The notes under the pieces: generated by a model
Seen by the model: only the letters and a program-made list of their open reading frames with translations
What the model was told of the DNA's origin: nothing
The model's database searches: none
Shown here: piece by piece, positions 46,266-55,599 of the stretch
Position numbering within the stretch: the stretch's first letter is position 1
Layout: every line of letters starts with the position of its first letter
Made by a program: the position numbers and the translations under genes
IMG/VR virus record: IMGVR_UViG_3300037258_000590
Coordinates: 124,001 to 188,000 of that record
Length of the DNA: 64,000 nucleotides
Reading direction: 5' to 3' (one strand)

Positions 46266-47408
46266 GTGGACAACACCCTCACCCTGGCTGACGCTGGCTC
46301 GCTGGCCGCGATCCTGCACGCAGCGCAGCGCAAGTCGGTCGTCGGGCGGCTAGCCCCAGACGGACAACCAGCATTGATCGGCACGGCCCGGTACATCGGC
46401 TGTGTCTGGTCCCTGGCAGGGGGACGACCCGATTACGCGGCAGAGGCCGGCACGGACGTACTAGACATGAACCTGTACGTCCAGTCAGGCAGCGGTACCA
46501 CCTGGATCTGGCCAGTGCGCCAGCTGATCGCGGAATCGCGCACCGACGCGTTCATCCCGGACTTCGACGTGGCGGCGTTCGAGGCGGCAGGCGGCCAGGC
46601 AGCAGTCCCGGCGTCGGTGGCCGCGTGGAAAACTAGCCAGCCCGTCCGGCCACCCTGCCAGCCGGATAACGCTGACCTGCGCAACTGGCCGGCTGAAGAC
46701 CTGCTCCGGCTCGCGCGGGCGGCCGGGCAGCTGTGGCACAGCACCGGGGGCAGTGATCCGCACGACGTGCTGAACGACAGGCAGCGCACGCTGTTCGATC
46801 GCGCAGCTGCCAGCTACCTGACGGCAGGGACGCCGGATGGCCGATCCGGGCTGAGCCCGGCGCACCCTGATCCTCATGCCGGAAAGCCGCTATTCGCGGC
46901 GGAATTGGCCACTGCGGCAGCAACCAGGCACCCGGACAGCACCGCAACTGCGCCGCTCGGCAGCCAGCCGTTCAAACGAGGCGATGTCGTGGAATACGAC
47001 CTGGCTACTGATAGCCAGCAGGTCACCGCGATCTTCGCCAGCTACCCGGATAACAATCCGGAAGCGGTGTACGCCCACGTCGTGCCTCTCGGCACGCGTG
47101 TCCGCGTGCAAATACGGCAGAGCTGTCTCCGGCACGCCGGCCCGGCGCTGATCAGCGCGGCGCGGTCCTGGGCGGCGGACTGCCAGTGGGAGGACATCAA
47201 TTACGAGGAGGACACCGCGGGCCTATCTGACGGTCAGGTAGTACACGGCGTGAACGAGCACTATGCCGGCGGCTGGGAACAGTTCGTTCGCGACGGCAGT
47301 GAAACCCGTTCAGGCTGGTTATTCCCACTGGTCGGAACATCACCTGCGCCAGGTGAGATGCCCTTACCCGGCGCAGGCAGTACCAGGTCACGAGACAGGA
47401 GCCAGTGA
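46266..47408 (+). CDS. Mosaic hypothetical protein
   Basis: GACAGGAG RBS; the 3' end overlaps a decayed hammerhead remnant. Confidence 0.65.
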   Translation: MDNTLTLADAGSLAAILHAAQRKSVVGRLAPDGQPALIGTARYIGCVWSLAGGRPDYAAEAGTDVLDMNLYVQSGSGTTWIWPVRQLIAESRTDAFIPDFDVAAFEAAGGQAAVPASVAAWKTSQPVRPPCQPDNADLRNWPAEDLLRLARAAGQLWHSTGGSDPHDVLNDRQRTLFDRAAASYLTAGTPDGRSGLSPAHPDPHAGKPLFAAELATAAATRHPDSTATAPLGSQPFKRGDVVEYDLATDSQQVTAIFASYPDNNPEAVYAHVVPLGTRVRVQIRQSCLRHAGPALISAARSWAADCQWEDINYEEDTAGLSDGQVVHGVNEHYAGGWEQFVRDGSETRSGWLFPLVGTSPAPGEMPLPGAGSTRSRDRSQ

Positions 47409-47415
47409 TCATGAC

Positions 47416-47880
47416 ATGACCGGACGACGGAAAAAGCGCGGGGCGGTCTATCTGCTGTGCTGGGCCAAGACGCCGTACAAGCACGCCGGGCACTATCTGG
47501 GTTTCGCCTACCCGGATGACCCGGCTCATGCCGATGAGAGCATCCTGGCTGAAGTCCGGGCAGCTCTGCACACCCGGGTCAGCTGCCGCTACCTGACAGC
47601 GGAACAGGCCGCCGGGGTGGCTGCCCGGATCGCCCAGCACCGTGCCGGGCACGGCGCCAGGCTGACGGCGGTCATCAGCACAGCAGGGATCGAATTCACG
47701 ATCGTCCGGGTATGGGCCAGCGGGACCGAGGGAACCGAGAAGGCCCTGAAAGACCTGAACGACAGGCGCAGGCTATGCCCGCTGTGCACACCAGGCAGCC
47801 AGGCGGGCACGGTCATCACGCCGAAACGGTACCGGCGTGCTCGCTCGCGCAAGCCGGCACCGCAGGCTCTGGCCGCCTGA
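47416..47880 (+). CDS. GIY-YIG-type endonuclease
   Basis: VYLLCWAKTPYKHAGHYLGFA...RIAQHRAGHGARLTAVISTAGIEFTIVRVW...EKALK...RLCPLC. Confidence 0.75.
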   Translation: MTGRRKKRGAVYLLCWAKTPYKHAGHYLGFAYPDDPAHADESILAEVRAALHTRVSCRYLTAEQAAGVAARIAQHRAGHGARLTAVISTAGIEFTIVRVWASGTEGTEKALKDLNDRRRLCPLCTPGSQAGTVITPKRYRRARSRKPAPQALAA

Positions 47881-47932
47881 ACCAGCGAAACTTCCGGCCA
47901 GTCAGGCAATCAGCACGACAGGAGAACCCGTC

Positions 47933-48493
47933 ATGGCCACATGGTTCGTGATCAAGTTCGAAGGCAAACCCACTGAAGCCGACTTTGCCCGGGTCGCTGA
48001 GCTAGCCGCCCAGGGTTACACCAGCGGCAAGCTGACCAATGAACCCGGCGCCGAGCGTGCTGAAAACGCAGCCTCCAGCTACTTCGCCGAGCCGCTTATG
48101 CACGGTGCGGCAAGGACTGCCATGGACGCGCAGCAGCGGCGTTTCCGTCACTTCACCCAAGATCAGCTCACGACGTGGCTGCGCCGGCGCGGCCTGGATG
48201 TCAGGTGCACCGACCCGGCCACGCTGCGGGCGGCGGCTGGCATCGCGGTCGAGGCGCTGCGGCGCTGTCAGGCCACGGCCGGCAGTGAGAACCCGCCTGC
48301 CTGGCAGGCCGAGGTGCTGTTTACCGGAGATGCCCGGAGAACGACGTTCTACTACCACGAACCAGCCGAACTGGCCAAAGGGATTACCGCGCTGCGCAAT
48401 GACCTGGCCGCTGGCGTGATAGCCGAGCTGAGGGTAAGCAGCCCTGACAGCAAGGTCATCTTCGACAGCACAACCAGCAGCGGCAAGCAGTAG
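47933..48493 (+). CDS. Hypothetical protein
   Basis: Follows motif C. Confidence 0.65.
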   Translation: MATWFVIKFEGKPTEADFARVAELAAQGYTSGKLTNEPGAERAENAASSYFAEPLMHGAARTAMDAQQRRFRHFTQDQLTTWLRRRGLDVRCTDPATLRAAAGIAVEALRRCQATAGSENPPAWQAEVLFTGDARRTTFYYHEPAELAKGITALRNDLAAGVIAELRVSSPDSKVIFDSTTSSGKQ

Positions 48494-48545
48494 CCGGCAA
48501 AACTTCCCGCCAGCCGGGCAATTCAATGCGACAGGAGCACTGCCC

Positions 48546-49439
48546 ATGACTGCATACAGCTCGTACATCTTCCGGATGCCGGAAGGCTGCCCGTACCTGG
48601 ATTTCACCAGCCTGAAAGCGTACATCCGCGCCGCGTACAACAGCGAGGGCCTGCATTTCACCGACCATGCGGAGATCGGCACGACCGTCCGTGTCGTCTG
48701 GCACGGCAGCCGGCGCCCCCGCCTGGAACTGCCGCCATCTATAGCGTTCGAGCTGTACGGCTTCACCGCGGCGGAGATCTACCCGGACCGGGTGGGGTTC
48801 GCGGCGGCCGATGACCCGCACATGGCGACGACCGCGTGGCTGAGCAGGATCGTCTACGACAACGCGATCGGTCATGGTGTCAGCCGGGTCCGGCGCCGGA
48901 AGGCGGACGGCGAAGGGCCGCCGATTGCGCGCGGCCACGCTGGCCTGCTGGTGATCGACGGGAACCGGGATAAGCTGGTTACCGGCCAGTCCTACCCGGT
49001 GGGCGACATCGAGAGCCAGCGGCGCAAGGATGCTGAACAGCAGACCGCGCGGGCTGCTGCGCGCGAACGCTACGCTGAGGAGTCCCGGCAGCGGGAAGCG
49101 CTGAAAACCTGGCGGCACCCGCAGTACGGCTGGCTCTACGCGGTCGAGGAACACCACCTGGATCACGGCTACCACTGGCGTGTCATGGACAGTACGTTCT
49201 GCGACACGATCGGCTATATCCGGGACTGCAGGGTCGGCCCTGGGCAGCCAGCGCATCAGGCGTCTCCGTACCCGGGCAGCAAGATCCCGCTGCTCACGAC
49301 TCTCGCAGGCGGGGATGCCGCGTGGCTCCCGGTGTTCACTGCCTTCGCGGGCGGCGCAGATCACCGCCAGGACGCGCTAGGCACCTTCTGCACGATAGCC
49401 GAAGCACTGGCCGCCATAGCCGGTGCGCAGCCAGCCTGA
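48546..49439 (+). CDS. Hypothetical protein
   Basis: Follows motif C variant. Confidence 0.7.
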   Translation: MTAYSSYIFRMPEGCPYLDFTSLKAYIRAAYNSEGLHFTDHAEIGTTVRVVWHGSRRPRLELPPSIAFELYGFTAAEIYPDRVGFAAADDPHMATTAWLSRIVYDNAIGHGVSRVRRRKADGEGPPIARGHAGLLVIDGNRDKLVTGQSYPVGDIESQRRKDAEQQTARAAARERYAEESRQREALKTWRHPQYGWLYAVEEHHLDHGYHWRVMDSTFCDTIGYIRDCRVGPGQPAHQASPYPGSKIPLLTTLAGGDAAWLPVFTAFAGGADHRQDALGTFCTIAEALAAIAGAQPA

Positions 49440-49490
49440 TGCCCGCGGCGGTCGCCGTGGCTAGTACCGAGGGAACACGAAAGGCAGCGC

Positions 49491-49667
49491 ATGAACGAGG
49501 CAAGAACCTACGGAACCGTCACCGACTACACGACCGGCGCGGCCCTTCGCCCGGCCACGGCCAGCGAACTGGCGCGCACCGAGGCCAAGATGGCCTCCGG
49601 CGACTCCGACGCCTGCACAGGTGCGTGGCGCGACGCTGACGGGCGCATCGTCTTTGTCGATGCCTGA
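49491..49667 (+). CDS. 58 aa protein
   Basis: Translated by hand; GAAAGG RBS. Confidence 0.55.
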   Translation: MNEARTYGTVTDYTTGAALRPATASELARTEAKMASGDSDACTGAWRDADGRIVFVDA

Positions 49668-49692
49668 ACACCTGGCCGGAAGAGGCAAACCC

Positions 49693-50022
49693 GTGACTGA
49701 CGTCCCCGGCACCCCGTCGCTAGCGGCATGGGATGAGCAGCTGATCGCGCGTGCGGAGGAGCTGGCGGCGTGCGAAGATGCGGCGCAGATCCTGGCCTTC
49801 TACCGCCGGGCATACGGTGACGAGCACGCGGAGCTGCTAAGCCGCACGCCGTATCCAGCCGCGTTCGGACGGCTGGCCGGGATGACGCAGACGCTGACCG
49901 GGATCATCCGCGGGTTTCAGCGTGAGCGAGCTGCCGGAGAACACTACGGGCCGGCCGCGGATGCCGCCACGGCCGGCCCGGCTGCGAACGCCCTGCCGCA
50001 TCCAGGTCACGGACAGGAGTAA
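49693..50022 (+). CDS. Hypothetical protein
   Basis: AGAGG RBS, GTG start. Confidence 0.55.
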   Translation: MTDVPGTPSLAAWDEQLIARAEELAACEDAAQILAFYRRAYGDEHAELLSRTPYPAAFGRLAGMTQTLTGIIRGFQRERAAGEHYGPAADAATAGPAANALPHPGHGQE

Positions 50023-50379
50023 GCGACCCGGGCGCCTGGCAGGCGCATCCCACGATAACAGCAGCCGTACGGCTGGCATGCCCGTAACAGAGGAGAACAT
50101 CATGGACAAGCTGATCGCCCGCGTAGCAGAGCTGACGTCGGAAGGCATCTACGAGCCCGGCCAGTACACGAGACAAGGCGGCCTGTCGGCAAGCGCGCTG
50201 ACAACGCACACCGATGGCAGCATGAGTTTCTCGGTGTTTACAACGTTCCCGAACATGGACCGGGAAACCGTCAAGGTCACTATCAGCCGTCCGTGACCTG
50301 AGCGGCCCGAACGTTACTTTCAGCCCGGCGTGCGGGCGTCAGCCGCATCGTCTTCCGAGCCAAGAACTAGGAGGTCCAA

Positions 50380-50745
50380 ATGAGCGGATGCTACGAAGCG
50401 CGGGACGGTTCTGTCTGGCGTGACGGGGAAATCATCCTGACCCTGGCCGGGGCAGGCTGGGAGGCCGCGGATGCGGTTGCCTCAGCCCTGCGCAACGAGC
50501 GCGTGAAGACGGCTGAGGCAATCGCGGACATGATCCGGCACGAGCGCAACGGCCTTGACAACGAGGATCAGGCGTCTGTCACGCCCGGCTGGATGAGCCA
50601 CGCACGGGCCAGGAAATGGCGTGACCAGGACCGGGCCAAGATCAGCGGTTACCGGATTGCGCTGAGCTACGCGCTCGGATACCCAATGGACTTCAGCAAG
50701 ACCGACGCGTTCATCGACAAGAAAGACTACTGGGAGGCGCTGTGA
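50380..50745 (+). CDS. Hypothetical protein
   Basis: AGGAGG RBS. Confidence 0.7.
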   Translation: MSGCYEARDGSVWRDGEIILTLAGAGWEAADAVASALRNERVKTAEAIADMIRHERNGLDNEDQASVTPGWMSHARARKWRDQDRAKISGYRIALSYALGYPMDFSKTDAFIDKKDYWEAL

Positions 50746-50963
50746 GCAAGGACAGCGGGCCGGTCATGCCCCTAGAGCAAAGGTGCGTCAGGCCGGGTCG
50801 CTGGGTCATCGAAGGCTGGGATGTGCGCAAGGAGGCGAAGCACCCGCATTACGGCTACTGGGTGGCCCGCCGGTTCGGCGAAGTTTTCGAGCAGCGCACC
50901 CTGGCCGGCGTGCGAGAAGAAGTCCGGGAGCGGAGGGACGATCATGACCCTGCTGGATACTGA
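50742..50963 (+). CDS. Small protein, paralogue of 59202-59411
   Basis: VMPLEQRCVRPGRWVIEG vs VMPLEQRCLYPGRWIIEG. Confidence 0.65.
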   Translation: MSKDSGPVMPLEQRCVRPGRWVIEGWDVRKEAKHPHYGYWVARRFGEVFEQRTLAGVREEVRERRDDHDPAGY

Positions 50964-51249
50964 ACAGGCAGCGGCCGGCCTGCGTACCGGGTTCACGGCC
51001 ACGTTTCCGTGCCACGCCTACGCTGTCCAGTTCCTGGAAGCCATGGCGGGAAACACGCAGGTCACGAGCACCCGGCTCAACCGGCGGAATGGCCGCGTGG
51101 TGTCTTTCGAAGCGCCAGCGGGCAGCCGGGGTGACCTGGCCAGGATTATCGGCGACATCGGGTCCACGCCTGGCGATGCTGACGGCTCGCACACGGCATA
51201 CCTGGACGAGGAGGCGTGTGCGCCGCCAGATGGCTGCCTCCGAAGGTGA
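50944..51249 (+). CDS. Hypothetical protein
   Basis: GGAGGG RBS. Confidence 0.55.
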   Translation: MTLLDTEQAAAGLRTGFTATFPCHAYAVQFLEAMAGNTQVTSTRLNRRNGRVVSFEAPAGSRGDLARIIGDIGSTPGDADGSHTAYLDEEACAPPDGCLRR

Positions 51250-51383
51250 CGTATCCCCGGCCCCAGGCCGCCACGCAAGTTTCCTAGCGCTGACCTGGCG
51301 TTAAACGCGTGCGGCCTAGGCCGGAGTTGCGCGATATGTATACGCCATGAGACAATACTCATACGAGACAGGAGACCGCCAGC

Positions 51384-51731
51384 ATGACTACGACGACTCC
51401 GGCTGAGATCAGGGAAAAGATCGATCGCGCATTGCGTGACCGTGCCATCGGCATACGGCACGAAGCCGCACTGCGCGGCAATTCCGGCGAGCACAACGCG
51501 GCGTACCGCGCTAGCCTGCGTGCCGAGGCGCAGCTCTGCGAAGACCTCGCGCACGTTGTAGCGCACACGGACCCGCAGCGGCTGGCGCAGGCACTGGATA
51601 CGGGCAAGCCAGACCAGATTCCTGCGTGGCTGGCCTACGCGGGCGTGCCGCTGGACCAGATCCCGGACGACGGCCAGCGTGCCGCCGTGCGGGCGCATCG
51701 TGCAATCGCAGCAGACTCCGGGCCGTCATGA
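51384..51731 (+). CDS. Hypothetical protein with LAYAGVPLDQIPDDGQRAAV module
   Basis: GACAGGAG RBS; shared 62-bp patch. Confidence 0.65.
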   Translation: MTTTTPAEIREKIDRALRDRAIGIRHEAALRGNSGEHNAAYRASLRAEAQLCEDLAHVVAHTDPQRLAQALDTGKPDQIPAWLAYAGVPLDQIPDDGQRAAVRAHRAIAADSGPS

Positions 51732-51789
51732 GGAAATCGCCGTACATCACGCGTGCCTTCCGGTCAGACGAACCAGGAGCCCCACGGCC

Positions 51790-52212
51790 ATGACTCAGGC
51801 AATTTCACCTAGCGCCATTACTCCTGGCCTGCCGTGCCGTACCTGCCAGGGAGCGTCGTTCTTCGATCGTGAGATAGGCAGCGCATGCCCGGCGTGCGGT
51901 GGCCGCGGCCAGGGTTCGGCGGTGCTGCTGCCATTCAGCTGCCTGGCTGAGATCACGCCCGGACTGGCGGGCTGGGCCTGGACGATCCTGTGCGAGGGAA
52001 CCCCAGTCGACGGCGGCGTCCGGGCCACTGAGGAAGCCGCCTTGGCGGCCGTAGCCGGATGGGCCGCAGCGGATAAGGCCCGGAAGGCAGACGCGATAAC
52101 AGCGGAGATCCTGTCCGACGCTATCAGCGCACTCGGATTCACCGAGCAGGCGTTCGCTGCCGCGTTCGCGGCGGTGGCGTTGTCGAGTGCATTTCAAGAG
52201 GAGGAAAGCTGA
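51790..52212 (+). CDS. CxxCxG zinc-finger protein
   Basis: CRTCQG...CPACGGRG. Confidence 0.6.
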   Translation: MTQAISPSAITPGLPCRTCQGASFFDREIGSACPACGGRGQGSAVLLPFSCLAEITPGLAGWAWTILCEGTPVDGGVRATEEAALAAVAGWAAADKARKADAITAEILSDAISALGFTEQAFAAAFAAVALSSAFQEEES

Positions 52213-52213
52213 C

Positions 52214-52462
52214 ATGACGGTCGAGCACCGTGAACACCGCGAGCTGAAGGTTAATCCTGAAGGGGTGGAGGATGTGCTGCCGCGTACGTTCCGGCTGGAC
52301 GCATTCACGGCCGCGCAGCGCCGGGACGGCCGCCAGAGAACATGGCTGGACGAGACCCCGCGCCAGCGGACCACACTGGCTGAAGGGATCACCCGTCCGG
52401 AAGCCGTAGACCTGATCAGCCAGCTGGCGGACTGGCTGGCCTGGGACGGGAAAAACGGCTGA
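52214..52462 (+). CDS. Hypothetical protein
   Basis: GAGGAGG RBS. Confidence 0.6.
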   Translation: MTVEHREHRELKVNPEGVEDVLPRTFRLDAFTAAQRRDGRQRTWLDETPRQRTTLAEGITRPEAVDLISQLADWLAWDGKNG

Positions 52463-52526
52463 CCCGCCGCTGGCAATGCCGGGCCAGCACGAGAACACGC
52501 AAGACACGCAGACAGGAGAAGCATTC

Positions 52527-53867
52527 ATGACGCTCGTTCACGCCAGCCGGCTAGACACCAGCCCGCCGGAATACACGGTAGAAGCCATGCTCCCGGATAT
52601 GGGGGTGGGCTTCGGCTACGGCAATTCGTATACGGGCAAGACGATGGTGCTCGGGATCGAGCTGTGCCTGGCCATCGCCAACGGCGTGCCGTTTTTCGGC
52701 CGCGAAAGCGTATACGGGAGCGCCGCGTGGTGCCTCGGCGAGGGGCTGCCGGACGCGGGCGTGCGGATCAAGGCGCGGCTGATCCGCGAAGCCCACGACC
52801 GGCAGCTCCAGGCGGCGCAGATCGCCAGGAAGGACGGTGACGCCGCGGCACAGGAGTGGCTGGCGGCGTTGCCGACGTACAGCGATGACCGGATGTTCGT
52901 CAAGACAACGGCATTCCAGGTCCCGTTCATCGCGGCTAACGAACCGCCGGAAGACCTGCAGCAGGCGGCCCGCGAACTGGGCCTGATCGAAGACCTTCGG
53001 CTGGTCGTGCTGGACACCGCACGCCGGTTCTCCAGCCTGTCGCTGTCGAACGGCACGACGAGCAACCGGTTCATGCTGGGCATGAGCTGGCTGGCCGCGC
53101 AGCTGCAGTGCACGGTACTGGCCATCGCGCACCCGGTCAGCAAAGGCCGCGGCGAAGTAGGCCTGCCCGGTGACACCCTGTTCGGGGCATCGGACTTCGT
53201 ATGGCGGTTCCAGTCGGCCGACGACAGCACGCCGGACGCGCCGGCCGCCATGATCATCGCGGAGAAGGTCAAGAGCGGGCCGCTATTCGACCCGATTCCG
53301 TATGAACTAGAGCGGATCAAGTGGCGTCAGCCGCCCACCGACCCGGAGACCGGCGAGGACATCCAAGGTGCCGAGCTGCTTGAGGTCAAGTCCGCTACAG
53401 TCCGGCAGCGTGAGAGCCGGCAGGCGCCTGTGAGTGCGATGCTGCTGCCGGGGATGACGCCCCGGAGGACAATGCGGCTGCCGCAGGCCGAACCGGTACC
53501 GCCGTCCAGGCCCCGGCGCCGGACCGGCATTCTCCCGGACACGTCGTTCCGCGCGGTGGTCGCGCCTGCCGAGACCGCGGTCCCGGACCCGGCCGCGGGC
53601 GCACTGGTCGCGGCCCTGATCTCGGGCGCGTGCCCGGAGAGCGCCTGCGCCGCGCTGCCTGGCGCGAGCTGCAACCCGGGCGTCCGGGGCAGCGGCGTCG
53701 TCATGCTGGACCGCGAGCCGCTGATAGCCGCGCACGTCGCGCGGATGGACGAGCGCATCACGGCCGGGACGGCCTCCCTGGACGCGGTGCTGGCCCAGTT
53801 CCCCGAAGGCACGGCTCCGGCGCTGCTGGCCCAGCGTGCGGACGAGCTGACCGGAGTGCAGGCGTGA
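52527..53867 (+). CDS. AAA_25 / RSF1010 RepA-like SF4 helicase homologue with C-terminal Zn finger
   Basis: Walker A GNSYTGKT; WCLGEG; LVVLDTARRF; AIAHPVSKG; tail CPESAC...SC...HVARM. Confidence 0.75.
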   Translation: MTLVHASRLDTSPPEYTVEAMLPDMGVGFGYGNSYTGKTMVLGIELCLAIANGVPFFGRESVYGSAAWCLGEGLPDAGVRIKARLIREAHDRQLQAAQIARKDGDAAAQEWLAALPTYSDDRMFVKTTAFQVPFIAANEPPEDLQQAARELGLIEDLRLVVLDTARRFSSLSLSNGTTSNRFMLGMSWLAAQLQCTVLAIAHPVSKGRGEVGLPGDTLFGASDFVWRFQSADDSTPDAPAAMIIAEKVKSGPLFDPIPYELERIKWRQPPTDPETGEDIQGAELLEVKSATVRQRESRQAPVSAMLLPGMTPRRTMRLPQAEPVPPSRPRRRTGILPDTSFRAVVAPAETAVPDPAAGALVAALISGACPESACAALPGASCNPGVRGSGVVMLDREPLIAAHVARMDERITAGTASLDAVLAQFPEGTAPALLAQRADELTGVQA

Positions 53868-54102
53868 CCGTGATGGCGGCTGTCACGCAGCAGCCCGCCG
53901 CGCCAGGTTTCTGGCTGGCGCGACGGGACAGCAGAGAGCCGGTCGCTGAGTGGGCGCTCCGGATGGCCGCGGGTTACGCCGCGGAGAACCCGGCCGCACT
54001 GGCCCGCCTGGCGCTGGCCGACGTCATAGACGACCAGGCGCAATCCCCCTGCCGGCCGGAACATCCCGGTCATCACAGCAACAGCAGTAACGGAGGTACC
54101 CG

Positions 54103-54651
54103 ATGACACGCAGCCCAGCCACGCTGGACATCAACCTCGGCAGCAGTAACTGCCGGCTAGAAGCCCTGGACGACGCGGTGGACCTGGCCCGTTTCCAGCA
54201 CGCGCGTACCGTGATTACATCATTCAGCACGGCCATCGCCGCAGTCGTCACTGCCGAGGACCTGGCGCAGCTGCAAGACCTGGACGCTCAGGCTGCGGCA
54301 GGCGCGGGCCCGGAAACCGGGGAATCCGGGCCGGCCGGGATAAATCCGGTCAGCGCGAAGACGGCTGGCGCGGAGCCACCGCCAGAGCGAACCTGGCTCG
54401 CTGAGCAGATCCTGTCCGCGCTGACCGGCCGGATCTTCCCCGCGCCCGTAGCTACCCCGGAAAGCTGCCGCACCGTAGACGTCATGCGGGCGCACGCGCC
54501 TGAACCTGACGCCATCAGCCGGATCGCCTCGCTGTTCAGCGCGCTAGCTGATACCGCGACGCCATTCGGCGTGAGCCTGCGCGACGCCATCGGCGACACC
54601 AGCCGCGCCTTCTCAGCCGAGGGCATCGAACAGTGGCTGCGTAATGGGTAA
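54103..54651 (+). CDS. Hypothetical protein carrying the GESGPA...PERTW repeat module
   Basis: GGAGG RBS; patch 54319-54433 recurs near 62110 and 63248. Confidence 0.6.
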   Translation: MTRSPATLDINLGSSNCRLEALDDAVDLARFQHARTVITSFSTAIAAVVTAEDLAQLQDLDAQAAAGAGPETGESGPAGINPVSAKTAGAEPPPERTWLAEQILSALTGRIFPAPVATPESCRTVDVMRAHAPEPDAISRIASLFSALADTATPFGVSLRDAIGDTSRAFSAEGIEQWLRNG

Positions 54652-54827
54652 CTTCACGCCGACCCCGGACGAGCGCCGGTTCCTGCGCGGGATCACCACG
54701 GTAAGCCCGGATCGCAGACCGGGTGCAGCAGGCTAACGGTCTCCGGGCGGCCGGGACATCCCGGCAGCCAGGACCTCTGCCTGCGCTCCGGCGCGGACAA
54801 GAACAACGTCTACCAGGAGGAACTCCG

Positions 54828-55199
54828 ATGACACGAATTCAGATCGGCACGGTACAGGTCATCCGGACCCGGAGTTACTGCCTAGACCCGTACGCAGGTG
54901 ACATCCCGGGATTCATCCCGTCCGAGGTCCTGGTAGAGCCAGGTGAGTACCCGCTCTACCAGGACGGCCTGAGCCGGTACTGGCGGATGACCGGCGTCCT
55001 GAACCGCAATATCAACCGGATGGGCGACGGCCTGTTCAGCTTTCCTGCGAACGGCAGTGACATGCGCAGCGACGACGACGTGGTGTTCTACTCGCGCCGG
55101 TACGGGCCCGACGACTGGGCCCTCCTGGTCAGCGGCTTCCAGTCCGAGAAGGATCCTGCGCTGGTGTTCAGCATCATTGAAGCGGTATCCGGTGCCTGA
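54828..55199 (+). CDS. Hypothetical protein
   Basis: AGGAGG RBS. Confidence 0.65.
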   Translation: MTRIQIGTVQVIRTRSYCLDPYAGDIPGFIPSEVLVEPGEYPLYQDGLSRYWRMTGVLNRNINRMGDGLFSFPANGSDMRSDDDVVFYSRRYGPDDWALLVSGFQSEKDPALVFSIIEAVSGA

Positions 55200-55599
55200 C
55201 CTGAACCTGGACGCACGGGTAACGATAGAGCGGCTGACCAGCCTGGTCTCGGCCATCGCGCTGGGGATCCAGCTCCCGGCAGCGGAAACAATTCCAGCGC
55301 ACTCACTGCCGGGCTACCTCCCTGCCGGAACAGGGGCGGTAACCCGCGCACGCGCAGCACTGACGCGTGCGTTCAGCGTGACCTGGCCGCACCCTGACTG
55401 GGGAACGATCATCCCGGCCCTGGCCGAAGCCGAACAGTACCTGCGTGACGCCGGGCTGATGCGCAAGCCGGAGCTTATGCAGTTCGTGCACCTGGCTGCG
55501 CGAGCTGCCAGCCAGCGCCGGGGCGACGACACCCGGGCGTACATCGATAACATCCGCGGCTACCTGCCAGCTGAAGACAACGAAAAAGAGGGCCCATGA
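55192..55599 (+). CDS. Hypothetical protein
   Basis: Overlaps flanking stop and start codons. Confidence 0.55.
   Translation: MPDLNLDARVTIERLTSLVSAIALGIQLPAAETIPAHSLPGYLPAGTGAVTRARAALTRAFSVTWPHPDWGTIIPALAEAEQYLRDAGLMRKPELMQFVHLAARAASQRRGDDTRAYIDNIRGYLPAEDNEKEGP

Noticed and set aside
51328-51357. Possible sigma70-type promoter TTGCGC-N17/18-GACAAT
   Set aside because: The -10 element lacks the first T; a single weak match cannot be supported without start-site data.
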